Positions 51,067-64,000 of a DNA stretch of 64,000 nucleotides are shown here, piece after piece. The stretch's first letter is position 1. The number at the start of each line of letters is the position of its first letter. Under the pieces are notes generated by a model, which had not been told where the DNA came from, ran no database searches, and was given only the letters and a program-made list of their open reading frames with translations. Origin of the DNA: the human T2T-CHM13v2.0 reference genome, Homo sapiens; NCBI RefSeq assembly GCF_009914755.1, contig NC_060927.1; one strand, written 5' to 3'. Position numbers and translations under genes: made by a program.

Positions 51067-53335
51067 TGTATTAGTTCATTTTCATGCTGCTGATAAAGAC
51101 ATACCCGAAACTGGGAACAAAAAAAGGTTTAATTGGACTTACAGTTCCACATGGCTAGGGAGGCCTCAGAATCATGGTGGGAGGCTAAAGGCTCTTCTTA
51201 TGTGGTGGTGGCAAGAGAAAACGAGGAAGAAGCAAAAGCAGAAACCCCTGATAAACCCATCAGATCTCATGAGATTTATTCACTATCAGGAGAATAGCAT
51301 GGGAAAGACCAGCCCACGTGATTCAATTACCTCCCCACTGGGTCCCTCCCACAACACGTGGGAATTCTGAGAGATAAAATTCAAGTTGAGATTTCAGTGG
51401 AGACACAGCCAAACCATATAATTCCACCCGTGGCCCCCCTAAATCTCATGTCCTCACATTTCAAAATTAATCATGCCTTCCCAACAGTCCCCCAAAGTCT
51501 TAACTCATTTCAGCATTAACCCAAAAGTCCAGTCCAAAATGTCATCTGAGACAAGGCAAGTCCCTTCCGCCTGTGAGCCTTTAAAATTGAAAGCAAGCTA
51601 GCTACTTCCTAGATACAATGGGGGTACAGGTATTGGGTAAATACAGCCATTTCAAATGGGAGAAATTGGCCAAAACAAAGGGGTTACAGGGCCCGAGGAA
51701 GTCTGAAATCCAGCGGGCCAAATTTTAAAGCTTTGAAATGACCTCCTTTGACTCCAGGTCTCACATTCAGGTCAGGCTGATGCAAGAGGTAAGTTCCCAG
51801 GGTCTTGGGCAGCTCTGCCCCTGTGACTTTGCAGGGTACAGCCTCCCTCCTGGCTCCTTTCATGGGCTGACGTTGAGTGGCTTTTCCAGGTGCATGGAGC
51901 AAGCTGTCACTGGATCTACCATTCTGGGGTCTGGAGGACAATGGCCCTCTTCTCACAGCTCCACTAGGCAGTGCCCCAGTAGGGACTTTGCATGGGGGCT
52001 CTGACCCCACATTTCCCTTCTGCACTGCCCTAGCAGAGGTTCTTCATGAGGACCTCACCCCTGCAGCAAACTTTTGCCTGAGCATCCAGGCGTTTCCATA
52101 CATCTGAAATCTAGGTGGAGGTTCCCAAACCTCAATTCTTCACTTCTGTGCACCCACACACTCAACTCCTTGTGGAAGCTGCCAAGGTTTGGGGCTTCCA
52201 CCCTCTGAAGCCACAACCCAAGCTATATGTTGGCCCCTTTCAGCCATGGCTGGAGCAGCTGGGACACAGGGCACCAAGCCCCTAAGCTGCACACAGCATG
52301 GGGACCCTGGGCCCAGCCCACGAAACCACTTTTTCCTCCTGGGCCTCCAGGCCTGATGGGAGGGGCTATCAGGAAGTTCTCTGATATGGCCTGGAGACAT
52401 TTTTCCCATGGTCTTGGAAATTAACATTAGGCTCCTTGCTGCTTATGCAAATTTCTGCAGCCAACTTGAATTTCTCCCCAGAAAATGGGCTTTTCTTTTC
52501 TATCACATAGTCAGGCTGAAAATTTTCCAAACTTTATGCTCTGCTTCCCTTATAAAACTGAATGCCTTTAACAACACCCAGGTTACCTCTTGAATGCTTT
52601 GCTGCTTAGAAATTTCTTCCACCAGATACTCTAAATCATCTCTCTCAAGTTCAAAGTTCCACAAATCTCTAGGGCAGGGGCAAAATGCTACCAGTCTCTT
52701 TGCTAAAACATAACAAGAGTCACCTGTGATCCAGTTCCCAACAAGTTCCTCATCTCCATCTGAGACCACCTCAGCCTGAATTTTATTGTCCATATCGCTG
52801 TCAACATTTTGGGCAAAGCCATTCAACAAGTCTCTAGGAAGTTCCAAAATTTCCCACATTTTCCTGTCTTCTTCTGAGCCCTTCAAACTGTTCCAACCTT
52901 TGTCTGTTACCCAGTTCCAAAGTCACTTCCACATTTTCGGGTATCTTTTCAGCAATGCCCCACTCTACTGGTACCAATTTACTGTATTAGTTCGTTTTCA
53001 CACTGCTGATAAAAACATACTCGAAACTGGGAATGAAAAAAGGTTAATTGGACTTACAGTTCCCCATGGCTGGGGAGGCCTTAGAATCATGGTGGGAGGT
53101 GAAAGACTCTTCTTACATGGCGACGACAAGAGAAAATGAGGAAGAAGCAAAAGCAGAAACCCCTGATACACCCATCAGATCTCATGAGATTTATTCACTG
53201 TCACGAGAATAGCATGGGAAAGACCAGCCCACGTGATTCAATTACCTCCCCACTGGGTCCCTCCCACAACATGTGGGAATTCTGGGAGATAAATGCAAGT
53301 TGAGATTTCAGTGGGGACACAGCCAAACCATATCA
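51067..53335 (-). mobile_element. Complete THE1 (THE1C-like) MaLR provirus: LTR 51067-51421, internal region, LTR 52983-53335
   Basis: Two LTRs; perfect 5-bp TSD TTGGT at 51062-51066 and 53336-53340; MaLR ORF remnants at 52503..52886, 52140..52427 and 51684..52025. Confidence 0.95.
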
Positions 53336-54229
53336 TTGGTGTAATAATTCCTTCTTCCTGTGTACTCTCCATGTTCCTGTGAATAGCAAATACTGTTTCT
53401 TAGTTGTGAAAATGTGCTTTTTAAACAGTGAGTGCTGTGAAAATGTAGAGTCATGTGTTAATGTTTCCAGATATCCTCAGGGACATTAGTGGGAAGTAAG
53501 GAAGCAACTGACAAATCTGTTTGCCTGTTAGAGCAGGAAGGGGAGCAGTTGATGAAGCTAGGCTGAAGAGGTTAGATTTGATGTGCAGGACAAATTACTA
53601 GAACCCACAGAGAGAGAGAGAGCAGTGAGGGAGGACCTTCTGACAGAGCCATTGGCCTGCAGTTGAGAGGTGCATGACCCCACAGGGAGGGAACTAGGGA
53701 GGTGGCTCTCCAACCTTATGCTCCTCTTTCCCTCTGATCTCCTGCTGGTGCCCCTACTGGCAAAACCCAACTAGAGTTTCCTTATGCCTATGCAAGCAAG
53801 TGCAAATATGCCTTATTTCTTCCGCTTTGCTGGCTTAAAAAGCATTATATTAAAACAGTGTTCTGAACTTTACTTTTTCACAATATGTCATGAATAGCTG
53901 TCATTCTTTTTCTTCTTGCTATATAATACCCACTGTGTAGGTGTTCTGTGATTAGCCCAATCCTTTTTTCCTATTACAAGCAATGGAGGTAGTAACCATA
54001 TACATTTGTGATATCACATTTGTACAACTATATCTGTAAATAAATTCCTAAAGATGAAATTATTAGACCAAGGGTCATGTGCATTTATAATTTTAAGAGA
54101 TAGTGTCAAATTAATCACCATAAGATTATACCAATTTACATTCTCATCAGCAAAATATGTTACCTTAGTATAGTTTTAATTTGTATTTATATTATTAAAA
54201 GTGAAGTGGAGCTTCTTTACATAATTTTT

Positions 54230-54496
54230 ATGAGTTACATACAACATATACATAATATAAAATTGACCATTTTAACCATTTAATGAAGTGTGCAGTTCAG
54301 CAGAATTTAATATACTCACAGCATCATACAACCATCACCACTATTTAATTCCAGAACTTTTTTAAATCACCCCAAAAGGAAACTTTGTACCCATTAAACA
54401 GTCACTTCCCATTCTCCCTTCCCTAGAAACTACTAATCTACTTTCTGTCTCTATGAATTTGCCCATTCTCCATGTTTTACATAAAGGGAATCATAC
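54230..54496 (-). mobile_element. L1MB 3' end
   Basis: caaccatcaccactat..aattccagaac...ccccaaaaggaaac..tgtacccatta. Confidence 0.7.
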
Positions 54497-56240
54497 TGTC
54501 AAAGTCAAATAAAAATATAGAGATGAATCTCTAAAGAAGAGCTTTTATTTGGGAAAACAAACTTGCAATTGGAGGCATACACACAAACCAGGCAGTCTTT
54601 GATATGTCCAATAACAAGGAAAGTTGGGGGTTTTACTAGAAAGATAAATGTTACATATTGTTTGGAAGGAAAGCTCCTTGGTGCTAGCAAAGTTTTGGGG
54701 AACTGGCAAACTCTGATTGATGAGTGATAGCAGTAGGTAAAACTAGTCTCAGAATCACAGCAGTTCACTTAAGCTGCTACTAGGTAAATTTAGTCTTAAG
54801 GTTATAGGAGGTCATTTCAGCAACTGGATTGCGATATAATCCCTGAGTAGGCTCTTGTGCCCCAACTGTTTTTTCCCTGTGGTCTTGACTGTAATTTAAT
54901 TGGTTATGACGAGATAACTGCAACATATATTATCCATTTTCACATCTCCTCCTCTTGGTCAAGATCTTTTTCTGAAAGCATCATTGATCAACTATCTTGA
55001 AGTTAGGCTAGTTGTCCCTCAGTGTCAGGATGGACCTGTTCCAGTGGTCTCTGGTCTCACATTGTGGGGAAGGTGATGCAGTCAAAGTCAAGGACCCTAG
55101 ACACAATTGAGCAACAAAGAGGCCATAAGGAAGGAAAAAAACTTTCTTTGGGCAGTTTTGCCTGGAGTTTGTCATTGAGTTCTGTCTTCTTAGATCCATG
55201 GGCATTAAGCAATCATCTCAAAATGTTGAGCTAACATTATCCTGTTGGAAGAACTGATTTTACAAATATTAGACAGACAACAAGAACAGAGCTTAAAGCT
55301 CATAATACAAAAAATAACCAGCAACAGTATCCTAAATTCAGTTTTGAACCAAGAGCCAAGCCTAAGGGCAATTAACTAAACAAATCAAAGGACAATGGGG
55401 GAACTGGGAACTGGGTGAGAACTGTTGTAGCCATTGAGTAGCATTTTATGACTGGGTTGAATTAAAGCAAAGAGTGGCAACTCTAAAAGGGACTTCTAGT
55501 ACAATTTGAACAAGTTAGGGATGTTGTCAAAGTTACCAACTAGGTGGCCTAAAGGATTTATTAGGTTAGGTTCTGTCAAGTTACTCATAGCAGTTACTGA
55601 CTGAAATTTTGATTACAGCCGTTACTCTGTTCAGTGAAAAAGGTAGGTATTACAAGGGGTAAGAGTCTCATTATGATATGAAATCTTGTTTGGCATCTTG
55701 GGAAAATCTGTCTACAGCATGAAGTTGGCAATATTGCAGCTTGAATATCTCTGGTTATAGTGGTTATGGCACCAGCTGGCTTTGTTAAACTCCCTGTGTG
55801 GCCCACCCATTAAGCGTAAACCTTGTCTTTTGAAATTTACACCAAATTATCTAGCCTCAGTTTATAGGTATTTAGGAAAGAGCAGTTTCTGCCCTTAGTA
55901 ATTCAATGAGAGAAAACTGGATTGAAAGAACCAAGACAAATTTAGGATCCAGTCTAGTCTACAGATAGAAAACAAAAACTTGAAAACAATGCACAGGGCT
56001 ACAGTCTAATAACAGGTATATTATAGTTTTTCTTTGGAAACATGATTTTTCTCTTCAGTCATCCCACTTTCTACCAAAGACAATCAGAGTAAGGCAATAT
56101 TGTTTGCAAAATAAGTTTAGTCTCATCAATTTTGGTCTGGTCATTTACATAAGTGCAGAAAGAATAGTAACTGATCACATAGAAATCTCAGATTTGACCT
56201 TTTTTTAAAAAATGTTGAGGCTAGGAAGACAAAGGCAGGC
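54497..56240 (-). mobile_element. ERV1 (MER4-group) 3' LTR (54497-54943) plus truncated internal sequence
   Basis: tgtcaaagtcaaataaaaatatagagatgaatctc...tttcaca LTR followed by the reverse complement of a polypurine tract (tctcctcctctt). Confidence 0.65.
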
Positions 56241-57764
56241 TTTATATTATATATATATGATATATTTTCTATAAACAATTTTTAATATGACATCTTAGTC
56301 AAACTTTTGTTTGCTGGTATTTTGCTGAGAATTTTTACATCTATATTAATAAGGGATATTTGTCTGTTTTTCTTTTTTGTAGTGTCTTTGTCTGGCTTTG
56401 GTATCAGGGTAATGCTGAGGTTTCCATTTCTTCTGTTTTTAGGTGAGTTTGAGAAAGTTTTGGTGTTAGTTCTTCTTTAAATTTTAGGTAGAATTCACAA
56501 GTGAAAATATCTAGTTCCAGGCTTTTCTTGGGGGGTTTTTGATTACTGATTCAATCTTTTTACTTGTTAGAGGCTTATTCAGATTATATATTTCTTCTTG
56601 AGTTAATTTTGATCATTTGTGTGTCTTAGAAATTTGTCCATTTCTTTTAGATTATCTGATTTGTTGGCATACAATTGTTCACAATTTTTTCTTACAGTTT
56701 TTAAATTCTGTAAGGTTGGTAATAATGACCCACTTTCATTTTTTATTTCAGTAATTTGCAACTTTTCTCTTTTAGTCAGTCTAGCTAAATATTTAGTCTG
56801 CTCTATACAGAGAACCAACATCTGTTTTGTTGTTTCTCTCTATGGTTTATCTATTCTTTATTTATTTACCTTGACTGACTCCAATCATTATTATTTTCTT
56901 CCCTCTGCCAGCTTTGGGTTTAGTTTGTTCTTCTTCTTCTGCTTTAAGGTTAGGTTAGATTATTGGTTTGAGATTTTCTTCTCTTTTAATGTAGGCATTT
57001 ACAGCTATAAATATTCCTGACTGTTGCTCTCAGTGTATCCCTTAAGTTTTGGTACGTTGTTTTTGTTTTCATTTCCTTAAAGTGTTGTTTTCTAATTTCC
57101 CTTGAGATTCCTTCTTTGACCCATTTGTTGTTTAATAATGTGTTGCTTAATTTTCACATATTTGTGAATTTTCCAAATTTCTTCCTGTTATTGAATTCTA
57201 ATTTCATATCATTGTGCTTGGAGAAGAGATTTTATAATGTTTTCAGTCTTTTTAAATTTATTGAGATTTGTTTTGTGGTCTCATATATAGTCTGTCCTGA
57301 AGAATGTTCCATGTGCAATAGAGAAGAATGTGTGTTTTGCGGTGCTTGGATCAAATGTTCTATATGTGTCTGTTAGTTCTAGTTGGTTTATAATGTTCTT
57401 CAAGTTTTCTATTTCCTTGTCTTTTGTCTAGTTATCCTATCCGTTATCAAAAGTGGGATGTTAAAGTATCTAACTATTACTATAGAATTGCCTATTTCTT
57501 CCTTCAATTCTGTCAGGTTTTGCTTCATATATTTAGGGACTCTATTGTTACATGTGTATATGTTTGCAATTGTTATATTTCTAGATAGAGTAACTGTCTT
57601 CTAAATACATAATGTCCTCATTTGTCTCCCATAATAATTTTTTACTTAAAGTCTATTTTTGTCTGATATTAGTATAACCACTCCTGGTTATTTTTTTCCT
57701 TTAGGTTATTATTTGCTTAGAGTGTTTGTTTTCAATCTTTCATTTTAAACTTAGCTGTATGTTT

Positions 57765-57890
57765 GTTTGTTTAGACATGGGGTATCACTGTGTTGCCAAG
57801 GCTGGACTCAAACTCCTGGGCTCAAGAGAGCCTCCCACCTCAGCCTACCAAGTAGCTGGAACTGCAGACACATGCTACTGCATGCAGCTT
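57765..57890 (-). mobile_element. FLAM (Alu monomer)
   Basis: Single left-arm-like monomer; TSD ttag(c/t)tg(t/c)atgttt. Confidence 0.8.
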
Positions 57891-58663
57891 TAGTTGCATG
57901 TTTGAATCTAAAATGCATCTCGTGTAGGGAGCATGTAGTTGGATTACAGTTGGATTTGCATTCCACTGATCTGAGTTTTGTTTAAGACTTTAATCCATTT
58001 ATGTTTAAAGTAATTACTGACTAGGAAGGACTTCTGCCATCTTGCTGTTAGTTTTCTAGAAATCTTTCTGTTTTTCAATTCCTCCATCATTGCCTTTTTT
58101 ACGTTTAATTGATTTTTTTTTTTTACTGTATGGTTTTGAATTCCTTCTCATTTATTTTTCTGTATATTTTAGTTATTTTCTTTGTGGTTACCGTGGTGAT
58201 TATAAGTAACATCTTAAATGTGTAACAATCTAGTTTGAATTAATACCAACTTAGCTTTAGTAGCATACAAAGTTATCTGCTCCCGTACAGCTTCCTTCCC
58301 ACCTCTCTACTTTATGTTGACATTGTTATAAAAAACGTCTTTATGCATTGTGTGCCCATTAACACATATGTACAATTATTGTTTTATGTATTTGTGTTTT
58401 AAATCATACAGAAAAAAAAAACAAAAAAGTTACAAACTGAAAAATATGACAATACTTCTTTTATGTTTACCTATGTAGTTACCTTTATCAGTGTTCTTTA
58501 TTTCTTCATATAGCTTCAAGTTACTGTCTAGTATCTTTCCATTTCAACCTGGACTCAATGGCATGTTTTGTGGTGCAGGCCTACCAGGAACAAACTCCCT
58601 TAGCTTTTGTTTGTCTGGGAATGTCTTACTTTCTCCTTCATTTTTGAAGGATAGCTTTGCTCA

Positions 58664-58985
<322 letters not shown>

Positions 58986-59664
58986 AATTCTAGGCTGACA
59001 AGGTTTTTTTTTCTTGTTTCTCTTTCAGCACTTTAAATATGTCCGCCCACTGCCTTCTAGCAGCCAAAATTTCTCATGAGTAATTGGCTATTAATCTTAT
59101 TGAGGATTCCTTGAACTTGATGAGTTGCTTCTCCCGTTGTTTTCAAGATGTTATGTCTTTTGATAATTTTATGATAATGTGTATCAATGTAGATCTCTTT
59201 GAATTTATCCCACTTTGAATTTGTTAAGCTATTTAGATATGTAGATTTATGTCTTTCATCAAATTGGGAGAGTTTTAGGCAATTATTTCTTCAAATATTC
59301 TTTCTGCTCCTTTCTTTCCTGTCCTTCTAGGATTCCCATTATGTGTCTTGAGTATGTTTGATGCTGTCCCACAGACATCTTAGGCTCTGTTAATTGTTCT
59401 TCATTCTTTTTTCTTTCTACTCCTCAAACTAAATAATCTTAATTATCCTATCTTCAAGTTTGCTGACCCTTTCTTCTGCCTGCTTAGATCTATCACTGAA
59501 TTTTTATTTTAGTTATTTTACTTTTTAACTCTAGAATTTCTGATTGATTACTTTTCATAATTCTTGTCTCTTTATTGATATTTTCTATTAGGTGAGATAT
59601 TGTTCTCCTGGTTTCCTTTAGTTGTTTTTCCATGGTTTCCTTTAGCTCTTTAAATATAGTTAAG

Positions 59665-61912
59665 TGGTTGAAGATGGCTGAATAGAAACAGCTCTGGTCT
59701 ACAGCTCCCAGTGAGATTGACATAGAAGATGGGTGATTTCTGCATTTCCAACTAAGGTACCTGGTACTCCTCATTGGGACTGGTTGGACAGCGGGTGCAG
59801 CCCCCGGAGGGCAAGCTAAAGCAGGGCAGGGTGTCGCCTCACCCAGGAAGCACAAGGCGTCAAGGGATTTCCCTTTCCTAGCCAAGGGAAGCCATGAGTG
59901 AATGGTAAGAAAAAGAAATAAAGGATATTCAATTAGGAAAAGAGGAAGTCAAATTGTCTCCGTTTGCAGATGACATGATTGTATATTTAGAAAACCCCAT
60001 CGTCTTGGCCCAAAATCTCCTTAAGCTGATAAGCAACTTCAGCAAAGTCTCAGGATACAAAATCAATGTGCAAAAATCACAAGCATTCCTATACACCAAG
60101 AACAGACAAACAGAGAGCCAAATCATGAGTGAACTCCCATTCACAATTACTACCAAGAGAATAAAACACCTAGGAATCCAACTTGCAAGGAATGTGAAGG
60201 ACCTCTTCAAGGAGGACTACAAACCACTTCTCAAGGAAATAAAAGAGGGCACAAACAAATGGAAGAACATTCCATGCTCATGGGTAAGAAGAATCAATAT
60301 TGTGAAAATGGCCATACTACCCAAGATAATTTATACATTCAATGCTATCCCCATCAAGCTACCACTGACTTTCTTCACAGAATTGGAAAAGACTACTTTA
60401 AATTTCATATGGAACCAAAAAAGAGCCCACATAGCCAAGACAATCCTAAGCAAAAAGAACAAAGCTGGAGGAATCACACTACCTGACTTCAAACTACACT
60501 ACAAGGCTACAGTAACCAAAACAGCATGGTACTGGTACCAAAACAGATATATAGACCAGTGGAACAGAACAGAGGCCTCAGAAATAACACCACACATCTA
60601 CAACCATCTGATCTTTGACAAACCTGACAAATACACACAATGGGGAAAGGATTCCCTATTTAATAAATGGTGCTGGGAAAACTGGCTAGCCATATGTAGA
60701 AAGCTGAAACTGGATCCCTTGCTTACACCTTATACAAAAATTAACTCGAGATGGATTAAAGACTTAAACGTAAGACCTAAAAACCATAAAAACCCTAGAA
60801 GAAAACCTAGACAATACCGGTAATTCAGGACATAGGCATGGGTAAAGACTTCGTGACTAAAACATCAAAAGCAATGGCAACAATAGCCAAAATAGATAAA
60901 TGGGATCTAATCAAACTAAAGAGCTTCTGCACAGCAAAAGAAACTATCATCAGAGTGAGCAGGCAACCTACAGAATGGGAGAAAAGTTTTGCAATCTATC
61001 CATCTGACAAAGAGCCAATATCCAGAATCTACAAAGAACTTAAACAAATTTACAAGAAAAAAACAAACAACCCCATCAAAAAGTGGGCAAAGGATATGAA
61101 CAGACACTTCTCAAAAGAAGACATTTATGCAGCCAACAGACATATGAAAAAATAGTCATCATCACTGGTCATCAGAGAAATGCAAATCAAAACGATAATG
61201 AGATATCATCTCACGCCAGTTAGAATGGTGATCATTAAAAAGTCAGGAAACGACAGATGCTGGAGAGGATGTGGAGAAATAGGCACGCTTTTACACTATT
61301 GGTGGGAGTGTAAATTAGTTCAACCATTGTGGAAGACAGTGTGGCAATTCCTTAAGGATCTAGAACTAGAAATACCATTTGACCCAGCAATCCGATTACT
61401 GGGTATATACCCAAAGGATTATAAATCATGCTACTATAAAGACACATGCACACATGTGTTTATTGCTGCACTATTCACAATAGCAAAGGCTTGGAACCAA
61501 CCCAGACATCCATCAATAATAGACTGGATAAAGAAAATGTGGCACATATACACCATGGAATACTATGCAGCCATAAAAAAGGATGAGTTCATGTCCTTTG
61601 CAGGGACCTGGATGAAGCTGGAAACCATCATTCTCAGCAAAATATCACAAAGACAGAAAACCAAACACCACATGTTGTCACTCATAAGTGGGAGTTGAAC
61701 AATGAGAACACATGGACATAGGGAGGGGAACATCACACACCAGGGCCTGTTGTGGGGTCAGGGGCTGGGGGAGGGATAGCATTAGGAGAAATACCTAATG
61801 TAAATGATGAGTTGATGGGTGCAGCAAACCAACATGGCACATGTATACCTATGTAACAAACTTGCACATTGTGCACATGTACCCTAGAACTTAAACTGTA
61901 ATAATAATATAT
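59665..61912 (+). mobile_element. L1PA (L1PA6/7-like), internally deleted: about 240 nt of 5' UTR fused to the 3' 2 kb (ORF2 RT C-terminal part, C-domain, 3' UTR)
   Basis: Starts aagatggctgaatag; jumps at about 59903 to aagaaaaagaaataaagg...[10 protein letters not shown]; ORFs 59954..60823, 60838..61155, 61180..61698; TSD atatagttaag at 59654-59664 and 61913-61923. Confidence 0.92.
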
Positions 61913-63124
61913 ATATAGTTAAGCTGTTGATTTAAAATCTTTGTCTAGTAAGTCCAATATCTGGGTTTCCTTGGGGACAGTTTCTAGTAAATTTTTTTCC
62001 TGTGAGTGGTCCATACTTTTTTGTTTCTTTGCATACCTCAGGTTTTTTTTGTTGTTGTTGAAAACTGAACATTTTAAATATTAGAATGTGGTAACCCTGG
62101 AAATCAAATTTCACCTTTTCCTTAAGATTTGTTGTTGCTGCTTGTTGTAGTTTGTAGCTGTTTGTTATTTAGTTACTTCTCCAAACTACTTTTATAAAGA
62201 CTGTACCATTTGTAATGTGTAGTCTCCATTCAGTTAGGTAAGTGGTCAGCTAGTGATTTGATAGAGATTATCTGGAGCCAAAACAAAAACAAAAACAAAA
62301 ACAAAACTCTTCCAGTCTTTGCAGATTGGCTCTGTATTGAGACATTCATTCAATGCTTTTAGTCAGGCTGTTCACACCAAGACTAATCTGCATTAGCCTT
62401 TACCTTCTACTTTCAAAAAGTCCAGTGGTCAGCCAGAGATGAAAGCTTAGAGTGTTCTCAGGCCTTTTCAAAACATGGTTCCAAACCTGGTATCTATATT
62501 CCCTGGTATGCATGTGAGCCTTTCAAAGCCTTATTCTCCCATATACCTCCTTCCCCACCCTCTTTCTTCCCAGGCTTTTTAGCCTACTTATCTGTGCCTC
62601 TTCTGTTTCCCCTTGCACCATGAGGCTGTCTGGTATCTTTGTCTTTAAATGCACCTGACAGATGCTTCCCAGGAGGGACTGCTCCAGCCCTGAGAATGTT
62701 GCGAGTCAGATAAAACAAAGTCAAGCTCTGAGCTGATCCCTCAGGGAACCTCTAGACAGGCCAGCCCACAGAACCACAATTCCTTGAGAACAAGGTTCAT
62801 ATTGTCCCCTCTGCTACTAGCAAGGTGCACCAGGAACAGGGGCTGTCATTCCATGGATGCTACTGAGCAGGGCTTTGAGGGATGGCAGGGGAGTAAGCTT
62901 AAAATGCTACAATGCTCTCTTACCAAAATTTAGCAGCATCTTTCTTAATTAAGCATTCCTCTGGTTGTTGCAAGTTTTTTCATTAGATTCCAGAACCTTG
63001 GATAAAGTTGTTTCTGACAGTGTTTGCCAGCTTCATTGTTGATCTAGTCAACGGATGTGGTTTTTGAGTTCCAAAATTAGAGTAACCACCATTTTTGGTG
63101 GCTTCACTCCCCTCTTTTTATGAG

Positions 63125-63439
63125 TTTATTTTTAAATCTTTATTTTTATTTATTTTAGAGACAGGGTCTTGCTCTGTCTGCCAGGCTGGAGTGCATTGGT
63201 GTGATCATGGCTCACTATAACCTCGAACTCCTGGGGTCCAGCATTCCTCCCACCTCAGCCTCCCAAGAAACTGGGACCACAGGCATGTGCCACCATGGCT
63301 GGCTAATTTTTTAATTTTTAGTAGAGATGATGTCTTGCTATGTTGTCCAGCCTTGTCTGGAACTCCTGGCCTCAAGTGATCCTCCTGCCTCAGCCTCCCA
63401 AAGTGCTGAGATTACAGGTGTGAGCCACCATGCCCAGCC
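63125..63439 (-). mobile_element. AluJ
   Basis: Full dimer with J diagnostics. Confidence 0.9.
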
Positions 63440-64000
63440 CTCCCTCCTTTATAATTTTTAAAACCTATATTCTTTTCTGTGAATTATTTGTTCACTACCT
63501 TTGTCCATATTTTATTGGGTTATTAACTTTTTCTAATTGATTTGTAGTATTTTACCTAGTGGAGACATTGGCCACTGTTCTATGGCAGGAGTTTCAAATA
63601 TGTTTCTCGGTTTGTCATTTGTCTTTCATCTTTGGTTATGATAGTTTTGGTTTTTTGTGTATGTGTATTTTTTTTGCCACAGAGGGATTTTGGAGGCTGT
63701 TTTCTTTCATGTAGTTGACTTTATCAATCTTTTTCTATTATGACTTCTGGATTTTTTAGTCATAATTGTAAAAAGCCTTCCTGCTCCAAAATTATAGAAT
63801 AATTTCCCCATATTTTCTAGTAGAAACGTTATGGCTTAATTGCCCCACATTTAAACCTTTGATTATTTTGAACTTCTCCCTGGGTAAGCTATAATTAATA
63901 GATCCAGTCTCCCCCACCCCCTGCTCTGCCCCAGATATGCAGGTTCTTGAGTAAGAGATATTCTTAACAAGTTTGTTCAGCAAGTACTTATCAGTATTAA

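Noticed and set aside
59954-61698. Longest ORFs in the window (289, 105 and 172 aa), reverse-transcriptase-like
   Set aside because: Frameshifted and stopped L1 ORF2 remnants lacking the endonuclease and the N-terminal RT; not a gene or a novel RT system

Overview
Primate (human-like) genomic DNA that is mostly intronic and roughly three-quarters transposable-element derived. Seven + strand coding exons (11573-11705, 12780-13061, 22449-22601, 23731-23851, 30087-30218, 35319-35442, 36857-37106; 1195 nt) splice into one open frame of about 398 codons. I recognise it from memory as the middle of C3orf20, a FAM194-domain protein; both ends of the gene lie outside the window. The rest is antisense L1M elements, two L1PA insertions, about 23 Alus (20 antisense), two THE1 elements (one complete), a full-length Tigger1, several LTRs and MITEs. 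The strongest hidden signal is that the 9.4-kb intron 13062-22448 is a U12-type (minor spliceosome) intron (GTATCCTTT donor, CCTGAAC branch site 11 nt before the AG). Other points of interest are an internally deleted sense L1PA with intact TSDs, a micro-inversion and a templated duplication inside old L1s, a five-layer nested insertion, and a candidate intronic polyadenylation isoform. I see no evidence of a new multi-gene system, and almost all ORFs in the track are repeat artefacts. Repeat subfamily calls come from recalled consensus sequences, and old-repeat boundaries are approximate.
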